Assembly (NCBI GenBank): GCA_963816355.1
Contig: CAWFKH010000003.1
Location: 1,216,001 to 1,280,000 of the forward strand
Source: an uncultured Gemmatimonadales bacterium
GTDB taxonomy: Bacteria; Gemmatimonadota; Gemmatimonadetes; Longimicrobiales; RSA9
Direction: 5' to 3'
Length of the DNA stretch: 64,000 bases
Position 1 is the first letter of the stretch. Every line of letters begins with the position of its first letter. The translations under genes and the position numbers were made by a program. This document shows positions 9,570-17,672 of the stretch, in pieces. The notes under the pieces were generated by a model. It searched no databases. It saw only the letters and a program-made list of their open reading frames with translations, and had not been told where the DNA came from.

Positions 9570-11291
9570 CTAGAAGAAGATCGGCTCCTTGAAGGAGCCG
9601 TAGACCTCCTCGAGCGAATGGCGAATCTCGAACAGGGTGGCGCGAGCGCGCACCGCCTCCAGCATCGGCTCGATCACGTTCACGCCTTCGCGCGCGGCGC
9701 CGCTCAACGCCGCGAGCGTGCCCGCGACGTCGCCTTCGTCGCGCTCACCGCGCAGCCGCGCCAGGCGCTCGCGCTGCCGGCGCTCCGACGCTTCCGTCAC
9801 CTTCAGGATCTCGATCTGCGAATCGTCGCCGCCCTGCACGAACGCGTTCACGCCCACGACCGTCCGGTCGCCTGCCTCGATCTCGCGCTGCTGCGCCTCG
9901 GCGCTACGCGCGATCTCGCGCTGGAAGTAGCCCTCCTCGATTCCCGCCACGACGCCGCCGATGCGGTCGACCTCCTCGAAGATCGCCTCCGCCTCGCGCT
10001 CGAGCCGGTCCGTCGTGGCTTCCACGTAGTAGGAGCCCGCGAGCGGGTCGATCGTGTCGGCCACGCCGGTCTCGTACGCGAGCACCTGCTGCGTGCGCAG
10101 CGCGATGCGGACCGCCTTCTCCGTCGGCAGCGCCAGTGTCTCGTCCATCGAATTCGTGTGCAGGGACTGCGTGCCGCCCAGCACCGCCGCCATCGCCTGG
10201 TAGGCGACGCGAACAATGTTGTTCTCCGGCTGCTGCGCGACCAGGCTGACCCCCGCCGTCTGCGCGTGCGTGCGCAGCCGCCACGACGCCTCCCGCTTCG
10301 CGCCGTAGCGCTCCCGCAGCCGCCGCGCCCAGATCCGACGGGCGGCTCGGAACTTCGCGATCTCCTCGAAGAAGTCGTTGTGGACGTCGAAGAAGAAGGA
10401 GAGCTGTGGGGCGAATTCGTCCACGTCGAGCCCGCGCGCGATCCCCCGCTCCACGTACTCGAAGCCGTTGCGCAGCGTGTACGCCAGCTCCTGCCCCGCC
10501 GTCGCGCCCGCCTCACGGATGTGGTAGCCGCTGATCGAGATCGGATTGTACTTCGGCGCCTTCGCCGCGCACCACTCGAACATGTCCACGATCAGCTTCA
10601 GCGCGGGCTCCGGCGGGTAGAGCCACGCGTGCTGCGCCATATACTCCTTCAGGATGTCGTTCTGGACCGTCCCCCGCAGCTTCTCCGATGCGACCCCCTG
10701 CCGCTCCGCCGCCACCACGTAGAACGCGAACAGGATGATCGCCGGCCCGTTGATCGTCATCGACACGGACACCTCGTCCAGCGGAATGCCGTCGAAGAGC
10801 GTCTCCATGTCGTCCAGGCTCGACACCGCCACGCCGCACTTGCCCACTTCGCCCAGCGAGCGCGGATGGTCCGAGTCGTAGCCCATCAGCGTCGGGAAGT
10901 CGAACGCCACCGACAACCCCGTCTGGCCGTGCTCCAGCAGATAATGGTAGCGCGCGTTCGTCTCCTCCGACGTACCGAATCCCGCGAACTGCCGCATCGT
11001 CCACAGCCGCGTTCGGTACATCGTCGTGTACGGCCCTCGCGTGAACGGGTACTCCCCCGGAAACCCGAGCGCGTCCACATAGTCGTCGCCCGCCACGTCC
11101 AGCGGCGTGTACAGCGGCGCGACCGGCGCCCCCGACAACGTCGTGAACGGCGACTCCCGCTTCGGCACCGCGCCGTAGGCACGCTCCCACGCAGCCAACT
11201 GCTCGCGTACCGCCGCCAGCTCGCGCTCACGCTCCGCCAGCCGCTGCTCCAGATCCGCGCCCGTCGCCACTTCCCGCTCCGTCACGCCCAT
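9570..11291 (-). CDS. B12-dependent acyl-CoA mutase large subunit; specificity residues point to isobutyryl-CoA mutase (IcmA-type)
   Basis: FPGEYPFTRG, WTMRQFAGFG (F at the MCM Tyr89 position), QNDILKEYMAQ (Q at the MCM Arg207 position), ISISGYHIREAGA, GTQSLHTN; start ATG 11291. Confidence 0.9.
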   Translation of the reverse strand: MGVTEREVATGADLEQRLAERERELAAVREQLAAWERAYGAVPKRESPFTTLSGAPVAPLYTPLDVAGDDYVDALGFPGEYPFTRGPYTTMYRTRLWTMRQFAGFGTSEETNARYHYLLEHGQTGLSVAFDFPTLMGYDSDHPRSLGEVGKCGVAVSSLDDMETLFDGIPLDEVSVSMTINGPAIILFAFYVVAAERQGVASEKLRGTVQNDILKEYMAQHAWLYPPEPALKLIVDMFEWCAAKAPKYNPISISGYHIREAGATAGQELAYTLRNGFEYVERGIARGLDVDEFAPQLSFFFDVHNDFFEEIAKFRAARRIWARRLRERYGAKREASWRLRTHAQTAGVSLVAQQPENNIVRVAYQAMAAVLGGTQSLHTNSMDETLALPTEKAVRIALRTQQVLAYETGVADTIDPLAGSYYVEATTDRLEREAEAIFEEVDRIGGVVAGIEEGYFQREIARSAEAQQREIEAGDRTVVGVNAFVQGGDDSQIEILKVTEASERRQRERLARLRGERDEGDVAGTLAALSGAAREGVNVIEPMLEAVRARATLFEIRHSLEEVYGSFKEPIFF

Positions 11292-11319
11292 GGTCGTCGT
11301 CCGATCCCGGTTCCGTTTC

Positions 11320-11390
11320 CCTCGACCCCCTACCCGTGCGACCCCACCCGTGCGACCCCCACCCCTAGCCTCCTCCACTCGTGCGACCGT
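11320..11390. repeat. Short intergenic tandem repeat (CGACCCC(C)(T)ACCCGTG-like, ~3-4 units)
   Basis: ctcgaccccctacccgtgcgaccccacccgtgcgacccccacccc...ccactcgtgcgacc between the meaB stop and the mutase start. Confidence 0.6.
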
Positions 11391-11395
11391 CGGAA

Positions 11396-12463
11396 CTACC
11401 CCGTCACCGCTCGCACGATTCGCTCCGCCACCTCGTAGGGCGTCTCCGCCCCGGACTCCAGTCCGAGCCGCGACGCCTCCAGCATCTCCTGCCCCACCGC
11501 CCACGCCCGCTCCCGGATCTCCCGCTCCACCGCCTGCCGCACCCGCTGCTCCGTCCGCTCCCGCTGCCGCCGCATCCCCTCGCCCGAGGTCCGCAGCCAC
11601 GCCCGGTGACGGTCCAGGGTGGCGTGCAGCTCGTCGACTCCGTCACCGGATTCGGCCGACGTGCGTAACACGGGTATATCCCATGGGTTGCCATCCTCCA
11701 CTTCATCCACTTTGTCATGGGCGGCCTCCGGAGGCGCGGTCCGCGCCGCGGCACGCCGGAAGTCGACGCCATGGTGGGCAGGGACGCGGCGGAACGTGCG
11801 GCCGGCCTTGAGGTGGAGCTGCATCTCGATCTCGCGCGCGAGCCGCTCGGCGCCCGGCCGATCGGCCTTGTTGACGACGAAGACATCGGAGATCTCCATG
11901 AGTCCCGCCTTCATCGCCTGCACGGAATCGCCCGACTCCGGGGTGAGGACGACGACGGTGGTGTCCGCGGCGGCGGCGATGTCGAGCTCGGACTGACCGA
12001 CGCCGACCGTCTCGAGGAGGATGCGGTCGAAACCGAAGGCGTCCATGACGTCGGCGACCTCGCGCGTGGTCAGGGCGAGGCCGCCGAGCGAGCCGCGGGT
12101 GGCCATGGAACGGATGAAGACGCCGCGGTCCGTGGCCGCATCGTTCATGCGGATGCGATCGCCGAGCAGCGCGCCGCCGGTGAACGGCGAGCTGGGATCG
12201 ACGGCGACGACGCCGACGGTTTCGTCGCGCCCGCGGTAGCGCTCGATGAGCGCGGCGGTGAGGGAGGACTTCCCCGCCCCGGGCGGGCCGGTGAGCCCGA
12301 TGCGGTGAGCGCGCCCGGTGAGCGGGTGCAGCGCGCGCAGCAGGTCGCGGTAGCCTGCGCGCCCGTCCTCGACGATCGAGATCGTGCGGGCGAGCGCGAC
12401 GCGCCGCCCCGCGCGAAGATCGTCGAGGAGGCGCTGGATCGGGATGTTCGTGCCGGTCGCCAT
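11396..12463 (-). CDS. meaB: Acyl-CoA mutase-associated GTPase chaperone MeaB/ArgK
   Basis: GPPGAGKS Walker A, DPSSPFTGGALLGDRIRM, ETVGVGQSE, NKAD. Confidence 0.95.
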   Translation of the reverse strand: MATGTNIPIQRLLDDLRAGRRVALARTISIVEDGRAGYRDLLRALHPLTGRAHRIGLTGPPGAGKSSLTAALIERYRGRDETVGVVAVDPSSPFTGGALLGDRIRMNDAATDRGVFIRSMATRGSLGGLALTTREVADVMDAFGFDRILLETVGVGQSELDIAAAADTTVVVLTPESGDSVQAMKAGLMEISDVFVVNKADRPGAERLAREIEMQLHLKAGRTFRRVPAHHGVDFRRAAARTAPPEAAHDKVDEVEDGNPWDIPVLRTSAESGDGVDELHATLDRHRAWLRTSGEGMRRQRERTEQRVRQAVEREIRERAWAVGQEMLEASRLGLESGAETPYEVAERIVRAVTG

Positions 12464-12621
12464 GGCGAACAAGATGTCGGCGAGGGTGGCACAGGGTCAA
12501 ACGGCGCGGCGATCGGGCGGGGGGACCGATGAGGTCCCGAACAGGTTGACGGCCGGGGGTAGGTCGTCCACAGAATGAGGAGTTAGCTCCGTGGTCATTC
12601 CCCGATCGTCATGGAGGCTCC

Positions 12622-13320
12622 ATGTCCGACAACCACTCGCCCGGCTCTGACCGCCGCACCTTCCTCACCCGCGTGGGCGCCGGCGCCGCGGCGCTCGGTT
12701 TCGGCGCGGCCGCGCCCGCCTCGCTCGCGGCGGCCGACCCGAACCTCCTCGCCGCGGCGCTGCGCGGCGCGGGCACCGGCGTCGACCCCGCCCTCGAGGC
12801 GTGGTTCAAGCGCATCAACGGCAAGCATCGCGCGGTGTTCGATGCACCGGGTATGAACAGCGGGTTCCCGGCGATCTTCCCGCGCGTCTACCTGATCACG
12901 ATGAACCAGACGTACGGGACGAAGGACGCCGACAACTCCGTCGTGCTGATCCTGCGCCACGAGGCGATCCCGATGGGAATGCAGGACGCGATGTGGGCGA
13001 AGTATCCGTTCGGCGAGGAGATGGGCGTGAAGGACGGAGAGGCGCCGGCGAAGCGCAACGTCTACGCGACGATCGAGGGCCTGCCCCTCCCCGGTCTGGG
13101 CGTGAATGAGCTCCTGAAGAGCAACGTGCTCGTGGGCGTCTGCAACATGGCGCTCACGGTCGCGAGCGCGCACTTCGCGCAGAAGATGAATCTCGATGCC
13201 GCCACCGTGAAGCAGGAATGGATCGACCACCTGCTGCCGGGCGTCCAGGTCGTCCCCTCCGGCGTCATGGCCGTCGGCCGCGCCCAGGAGGAGGGCTGCG
13301 GCTACGTGTTCGCGGGCTAG
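12622..13320 (+). CDS. Tat-exported protein with a DsrE-like C-terminal region
   Basis: SDRRTFL twin-arginine signal; VLVGVCNMAL and LLPGVQVVPSGVMAVGRAQEEGCGYV resemble the DsrE family; GGAGG RBS upstream. Confidence 0.75.
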   Translation: MSDNHSPGSDRRTFLTRVGAGAAALGFGAAAPASLAAADPNLLAAALRGAGTGVDPALEAWFKRINGKHRAVFDAPGMNSGFPAIFPRVYLITMNQTYGTKDADNSVVLILRHEAIPMGMQDAMWAKYPFGEEMGVKDGEAPAKRNVYATIEGLPLPGLGVNELLKSNVLVGVCNMALTVASAHFAQKMNLDAATVKQEWIDHLLPGVQVVPSGVMAVGRAQEEGCGYVFAG

Positions 13321-13458
13321 CCCGCGGCCGCGGCGCTCAGGCTGAAGGCGACCGCGCCTCCGATTCGCCGTTCCCGCGCCGCTGCCGCGGGGGCGCCCGG
13401 GTCGGAGGCGCGGCGCTTTCCCGCCCCCGCCTTCTCCCGGTCACCTTCCTGCCCTTCC

Positions 13459-15156
13459 TCACTCCTCGGGGTGCGACGGCAACCCCTCCCCGCGCGGCCG
13501 GATGCGGCGCGCGTGGCGGAGCGGGTTCTCCAGCAGGTGGGACGGGAGCAGGAAGACGAGCACGAAGAAGACGAGCGAGACGAAGAGGCCGCCGGCGAGG
13601 ATCCAGGCGTTGCGCAGGGCGACGAAGGTGATCGACGCGATGAGCGCGCCGCCGAGCGCGAAGATGCTGAGCAGCACGCGTCGCACCTGCAGCAGCAGGA
13701 AACGTTCGCCCTGCCGCATGTCCTGCGGGTGGAAGCGGACGCGCAACTCCTCCCGCTCCGCCCGCCTGAGCAGCTCCGGCAGCGCGGTGATGGCGACGCC
13801 GGCGTCGCCGAGGAAGCGGCGCACGATCGTCTGCGTGGCGGCGCTCGCGGCGCCGCTCCCGCCGCCGGCGCGCAGCAGCTCGCCCTTCATGCGCTGCACC
13901 ACGCGGCGCGTCACGTCGAGGCCGGCGAAGTCGGGGTCGTAGCGGTAGCCGATCCCCTCGAGGAGGGCGGCCGCGCGGAAGAAGTACACCAGCTCCTGCG
14001 GCAGCACGAGCGGCCACGTGTAGAACGTGTCGAGGATGTCGGCGACCATCTCCTGGACGCGCTGCGTGCCCAGATCGCGCGCGCGCTCGACGATGGCGAG
14101 GATCTCGCCGGCCGCTTCGCGCACCTCGCGCCGCGAGATGTCGGGATCGATCATGCCGAGCTCGTACATCTCGGCGATCATGGCGTCGAGGTCTTCGCGG
14201 CCGGTGGCGAGTGCGATGCGCAGCAGTCGGTCGCGCGTAGGGTGATTGAGGTGGACGACCATTCCCCAGTCGATGAAGACGATGCGGCCGGCCGGGTCGA
14301 GCAGGATGTTGCCCGGGTGCGGATCGGCGTGCAGGAAGCCGTCGATCAGCATCATCCGGAGATAGACCTCGCTCAGCGTGTCCATCAGGCGGTCGAGACT
14401 CAGCTCGCCGGACTCGAAGCGCGGCCCGAGGTGATCGACCTTGTCGCCGTCGATCCACTCCATCACCAGCACGCGACGGGTCGTGAACTCGGGGAAGACC
14501 TCCGGGGCCCGCACGCGCGCATCGGCGCTGAAGTTGTGCCGGAAGCGCTCGATGTGGCGCGCCTCCATGCGAAAGTCCATCTCCTCCCGGATGCGCACGC
14601 TGAACTCGCGGACGACGCTGGTCAACGCGCGCACGTGGTGGTTCGGGAAGAGCGTGTTGAGGAGGAAGAGCGCGCGGAAGGAGATGTCGAGGTCGAGCGC
14701 GACGAGCTGCTCGACGTGCGGCCGCAACACCTTCACGGCCACGGCGCGCCCCTCGACGCTCGCGCGGTGCACCTGGCCGAGGCTCGCCGCCGCGACCGGC
14801 TCCCGCTCGAAGTGGTCGAACAGCTCGTCCATCGGACGTTTCAGCTCCGAGGCGAGCACCGCCTCGATCGCGGCGGCAGCGTCCGGCGGCACGCGGTCCT
14901 GCAGCCGCGTCACCGCGGAAAGGTACGGCTCCGGCAGGATGTCGGCGCGCGCGCTGAACACCTGCGCCAGCTTGATGAAAGTGGGGCCGAGCGCCGCGAT
15001 GGTGTCCGTCAGCCGCTCGGCGCGCCGCACGTGGGTCTCGTACGCGACGGCGCGAGGACGCCCGAAGAAGATCCAGCGCCGGCGATCGCGCAGGAAGGCG
15101 ACGACGAACGGACCGAGCCCGCGGAACACCATCGCCGCGCGGCGCCACCGCTTCAT
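13459..15156 (-). CDS. ABC1/UbiB (AarF) atypical kinase family protein
   Basis: LGPTFIKLAQ, PVAAASLGQVH, VAVKV, HADPHPGN, IDWG, two C-terminal TM helices; ATGA overlap with mgtE stop. Confidence 0.92.
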   Translation of the reverse strand: MKRWRRAAMVFRGLGPFVVAFLRDRRRWIFFGRPRAVAYETHVRRAERLTDTIAALGPTFIKLAQVFSARADILPEPYLSAVTRLQDRVPPDAAAAIEAVLASELKRPMDELFDHFEREPVAAASLGQVHRASVEGRAVAVKVLRPHVEQLVALDLDISFRALFLLNTLFPNHHVRALTSVVREFSVRIREEMDFRMEARHIERFRHNFSADARVRAPEVFPEFTTRRVLVMEWIDGDKVDHLGPRFESGELSLDRLMDTLSEVYLRMMLIDGFLHADPHPGNILLDPAGRIVFIDWGMVVHLNHPTRDRLLRIALATGREDLDAMIAEMYELGMIDPDISRREVREAAGEILAIVERARDLGTQRVQEMVADILDTFYTWPLVLPQELVYFFRAAALLEGIGYRYDPDFAGLDVTRRVVQRMKGELLRAGGGSGAASAATQTIVRRFLGDAGVAITALPELLRRAEREELRVRFHPQDMRQGERFLLLQVRRVLLSIFALGGALIASITFVALRNAWILAGGLFVSLVFFVLVFLLPSHLLENPLRHARRIRPRGEGLPSHPEE

Positions 15157-16520
15157 AGCAGCAGCCGCGTCGCGAGGCCGAGGAGCAGGAAGAAGCCGCC
15201 GAGGTCCGTCAGCGTGGTGACGAAGACGGAGGACGCCACGGCCGGATCGATGCCGATGCGGTCGAGCAGGATCGGCACGAAAGCGCCGCCCAGGGACGCG
15301 ATGATCAGGTTGCCCCACATGGATAGCAGTACCACGAAACCGAGGACGAAGTTGCCCAGCCACCAGTAGCTGGCCAGCCCCGCAATGGTGCCGAGCACGA
15401 CTCCGTTGAACATGCCGACGAGCAGCTCCTTGCCCACCACCCCCCAGCGCTCGAGGGAGCTGTCCTCTCCCAGCGCGAGGCGCCTCACCGTCACCGCGAG
15501 CGCCTGCGTCGCCGCGTTGCCGCCCATCCCCGCGATCACCGGCATGATCGCCGCGAGCACCGCCGCCTCCGCGATCGACTCGCGGTAGATGTAGACGACG
15601 AACGCGGCCAGCACCGCGGTGCCGAGGTTGACGAAGAGCCACGGCAGCCGGCTGCGCACGGCGTCCCACCAACCGCCGCGCACCTCTTCGTCCGCGGTGA
15701 CCCCGGCGAGGCGGAGCAGGTCCTCCGTCTGCTCGGCCTCGATCACGTCCATGACGTCGTCCCACGTGATGCGGCCCAGCAGCACGTGGTCGGCGCCCAC
15801 GACGGGAATCGACGGCACGTTGTAGCGCGCCATCAGACGTCCCACATCCTCCTGGTCGAGCGTCACGGGCACCGCCGCGACCGGCTCCTCGACCAGCTCC
15901 GCCACGCGCTCCTCCGGATCCGCCAGCACCACGTCCTGCAGCGAGACGGTGCCCAGGAGCCGGTGTCGGCCGTCGACGACGAAGATCGCGTAGAAGTCGT
16001 CGCCCATCTCACGCGCCTGCCGCCGCACCTCTTCGATCGCCTCCGCCGCCGTTGCCGTGCCCGGGACCGCGACGAGGTCCGTCGTCATCAGGCCGCCGGC
16101 GGTGTCCTCCGGGTACTGCAGCAGCCGCTGCAGCCCCATCGCCTCCACGCCCGGCAACGCGGCGAGGACGCGCGCCTGATCCTCCGGCTCCAGGCCGCCG
16201 ATCAGGTCCGCCGCGTCGTCGTCCGCCAGCGTCGCGACCAGCTCGCCGATGCGCTCCGGATCCAGCGAGGCCAGGATCTCCTCCGGCCGCTCCTCGCTCT
16301 CCATCTCCGCGAGCGCCTCCGACGCCAGCTCCGCGGGCAGGAGGTCGAGCAGATAGATCCGGTCCGCCTCGTCGAGCCCCTCGACGACGTCGGCGATGTC
16401 GCTCGGGTGGAATTCGGCCAGGTACTCGCCCAGCGTCGCGCCGTCGCCGGCGCGGATCAGCGCGACGACGCGCTCCAGCCGCTCCCGCGCCTCCTCCACC
16501 GCCGGTGCCTCGCCGCTCAT
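15153..16520 (-). CDS. mgtE: Magnesium transporter MgtE
   Basis: HPSDIAD, YPEDTAGGLMT, CBS pair, RLPWL, GMGGNAATQ, IDPAVASSVFVTTLTD. Confidence 0.95.
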   Translation of the reverse strand: MSGEAPAVEEARERLERVVALIRAGDGATLGEYLAEFHPSDIADVVEGLDEADRIYLLDLLPAELASEALAEMESEERPEEILASLDPERIGELVATLADDDAADLIGGLEPEDQARVLAALPGVEAMGLQRLLQYPEDTAGGLMTTDLVAVPGTATAAEAIEEVRRQAREMGDDFYAIFVVDGRHRLLGTVSLQDVVLADPEERVAELVEEPVAAVPVTLDQEDVGRLMARYNVPSIPVVGADHVLLGRITWDDVMDVIEAEQTEDLLRLAGVTADEEVRGGWWDAVRSRLPWLFVNLGTAVLAAFVVYIYRESIAEAAVLAAIMPVIAGMGGNAATQALAVTVRRLALGEDSSLERWGVVGKELLVGMFNGVVLGTIAGLASYWWLGNFVLGFVVLLSMWGNLIIASLGGAFVPILLDRIGIDPAVASSVFVTTLTDLGGFFLLLGLATRLLL

Positions 16521-17200
16521 GCGCGCGCGCTCCCGTCGCCCACCGCCTCGCCTCCCTGAACGGCGGCCGCGTCGGCCTCCGCGGCCGCGACCGCGTCCTC
16601 CAGCTCCGCCGGCGTGACCACTCCCGCCGAGAGGATGTAGGTGAACGCCTCCTCGAGCGTCATCGCGAGCGGAACCGTGCGCTCGCGGGACACGATGACG
16701 AGCCAGCCGGAGGTCGGGTTCGGCGTCGTCGGCACGAACACGGTAACGGCATCGCGCAAGCGCCGACGCGCGGTTCCCGGCGCCTCGCCCGCTACGAACC
16801 CGATCGACCACCGGCCGTCGGCCGGATACTCCACCAGGACGACCTCGCGGAACGCGCTGCGCGAGCCGGAGAACATCGTGCGGACGATGCGGTTGCTCGC
16901 GTTGTAGACGCGGCGGGCGAAGGGGATGCGTTCCAGGGAAGCGTGCCAGAAGCCGATCACGCGCGTGCCGATCGTGCGCTCGGCGAGCCAGCCGGCGACG
17001 AAGAGCAGGACGAGGAGGAGGAGCAGGCCGAGACCGGGAATGGGGCGCCCGAAGGCGACGTACAGGTAGCGGCCGAGAATCCCGTCGAGCCAGCGGAAGA
17101 CGTAGACGAGCACGGCGGCCGTGACGCCGGCGGGCGCGACGATGATCAGTCCGGCGATCAGCCGGCGTCGGAGCACCCGCCCCATATCCGCGTAGCTCAT
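16517..17200 (-). CDS. DUF502 family membrane protein
   Basis: IAGL...P, IPGLGL, ERIP..R.VY, VLVEYP..G.WSIGF, VFVPTTPNPTSGW. Confidence 0.9.
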   Translation of the reverse strand: MSYADMGRVLRRRLIAGLIIVAPAGVTAAVLVYVFRWLDGILGRYLYVAFGRPIPGLGLLLLLVLLFVAGWLAERTIGTRVIGFWHASLERIPFARRVYNASNRIVRTMFSGSRSAFREVVLVEYPADGRWSIGFVAGEAPGTARRRLRDAVTVFVPTTPNPTSGWLVIVSRERTVPLAMTLEEAFTYILSAGVVTPAELEDAVAAAEADAAAVQGGEAVGDGSARA

Positions 17201-17216
17201 TCCCCCACCGCCCTCC

Positions 17217-17672
17217 TCACGACGCGAGAACGGCGGCCAGGATCCGCTCCTGGGCCGCCCACATCGGACTCTGCTCTCGCCCGTCTTCTTCCGGGTGATC
17301 GTGGCCCAGGACGTGGAGCGTGCCGTGGATGGCGAGGCGGGCCAGCTCCTCGCGCAGCGGGATTCCGCGGGACGCCGCCTGCCGCTCCGCCTCCTGCACG
17401 CCAATGTAGATGTCGCCGAGCGGAGGCTCGTCCGGACCGGCCAGCGAAAACGCGATCACGTCCGTCGGACGACGGCGCCCGAGCCACGCCTCGTTCAGCC
17501 GCTCGATCGTCGCGTCGTCCACCAGTGCAAGCGACAGCTCCGCCTCGGCGACGCCAGCCGCTTCGAGCGCGGCACGCGCGGCGCGCCCCACGAGCCGTCG
17601 GGCGTCGGCCGCACCGACGCCGTTGTCCTTCAGCTCCACGTCCCGGCTCACGCGGACGCGGAGACCGCTCAT
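17217..17672 (-). CDS. ybeY: rRNA maturation endoribonuclease YbeY
   Basis: PTDVIAF, LGDIYI, HGTLHVLGHDH (H3xH5xH). Confidence 0.95.
   Translation of the reverse strand: MSGLRVRVSRDVELKDNGVGAADARRLVGRAARAALEAAGVAEAELSLALVDDATIERLNEAWLGRRRPTDVIAFSLAGPDEPPLGDIYIGVQEAERQAASRGIPLREELARLAIHGTLHVLGHDHPEEDGREQSPMWAAQERILAAVLAS

Noticed and set aside
12546..12576. TTGACG...CAGAAT promoter for the Tat protein
   Set aside because: 19-bp spacer and imperfect -10; too weak to call
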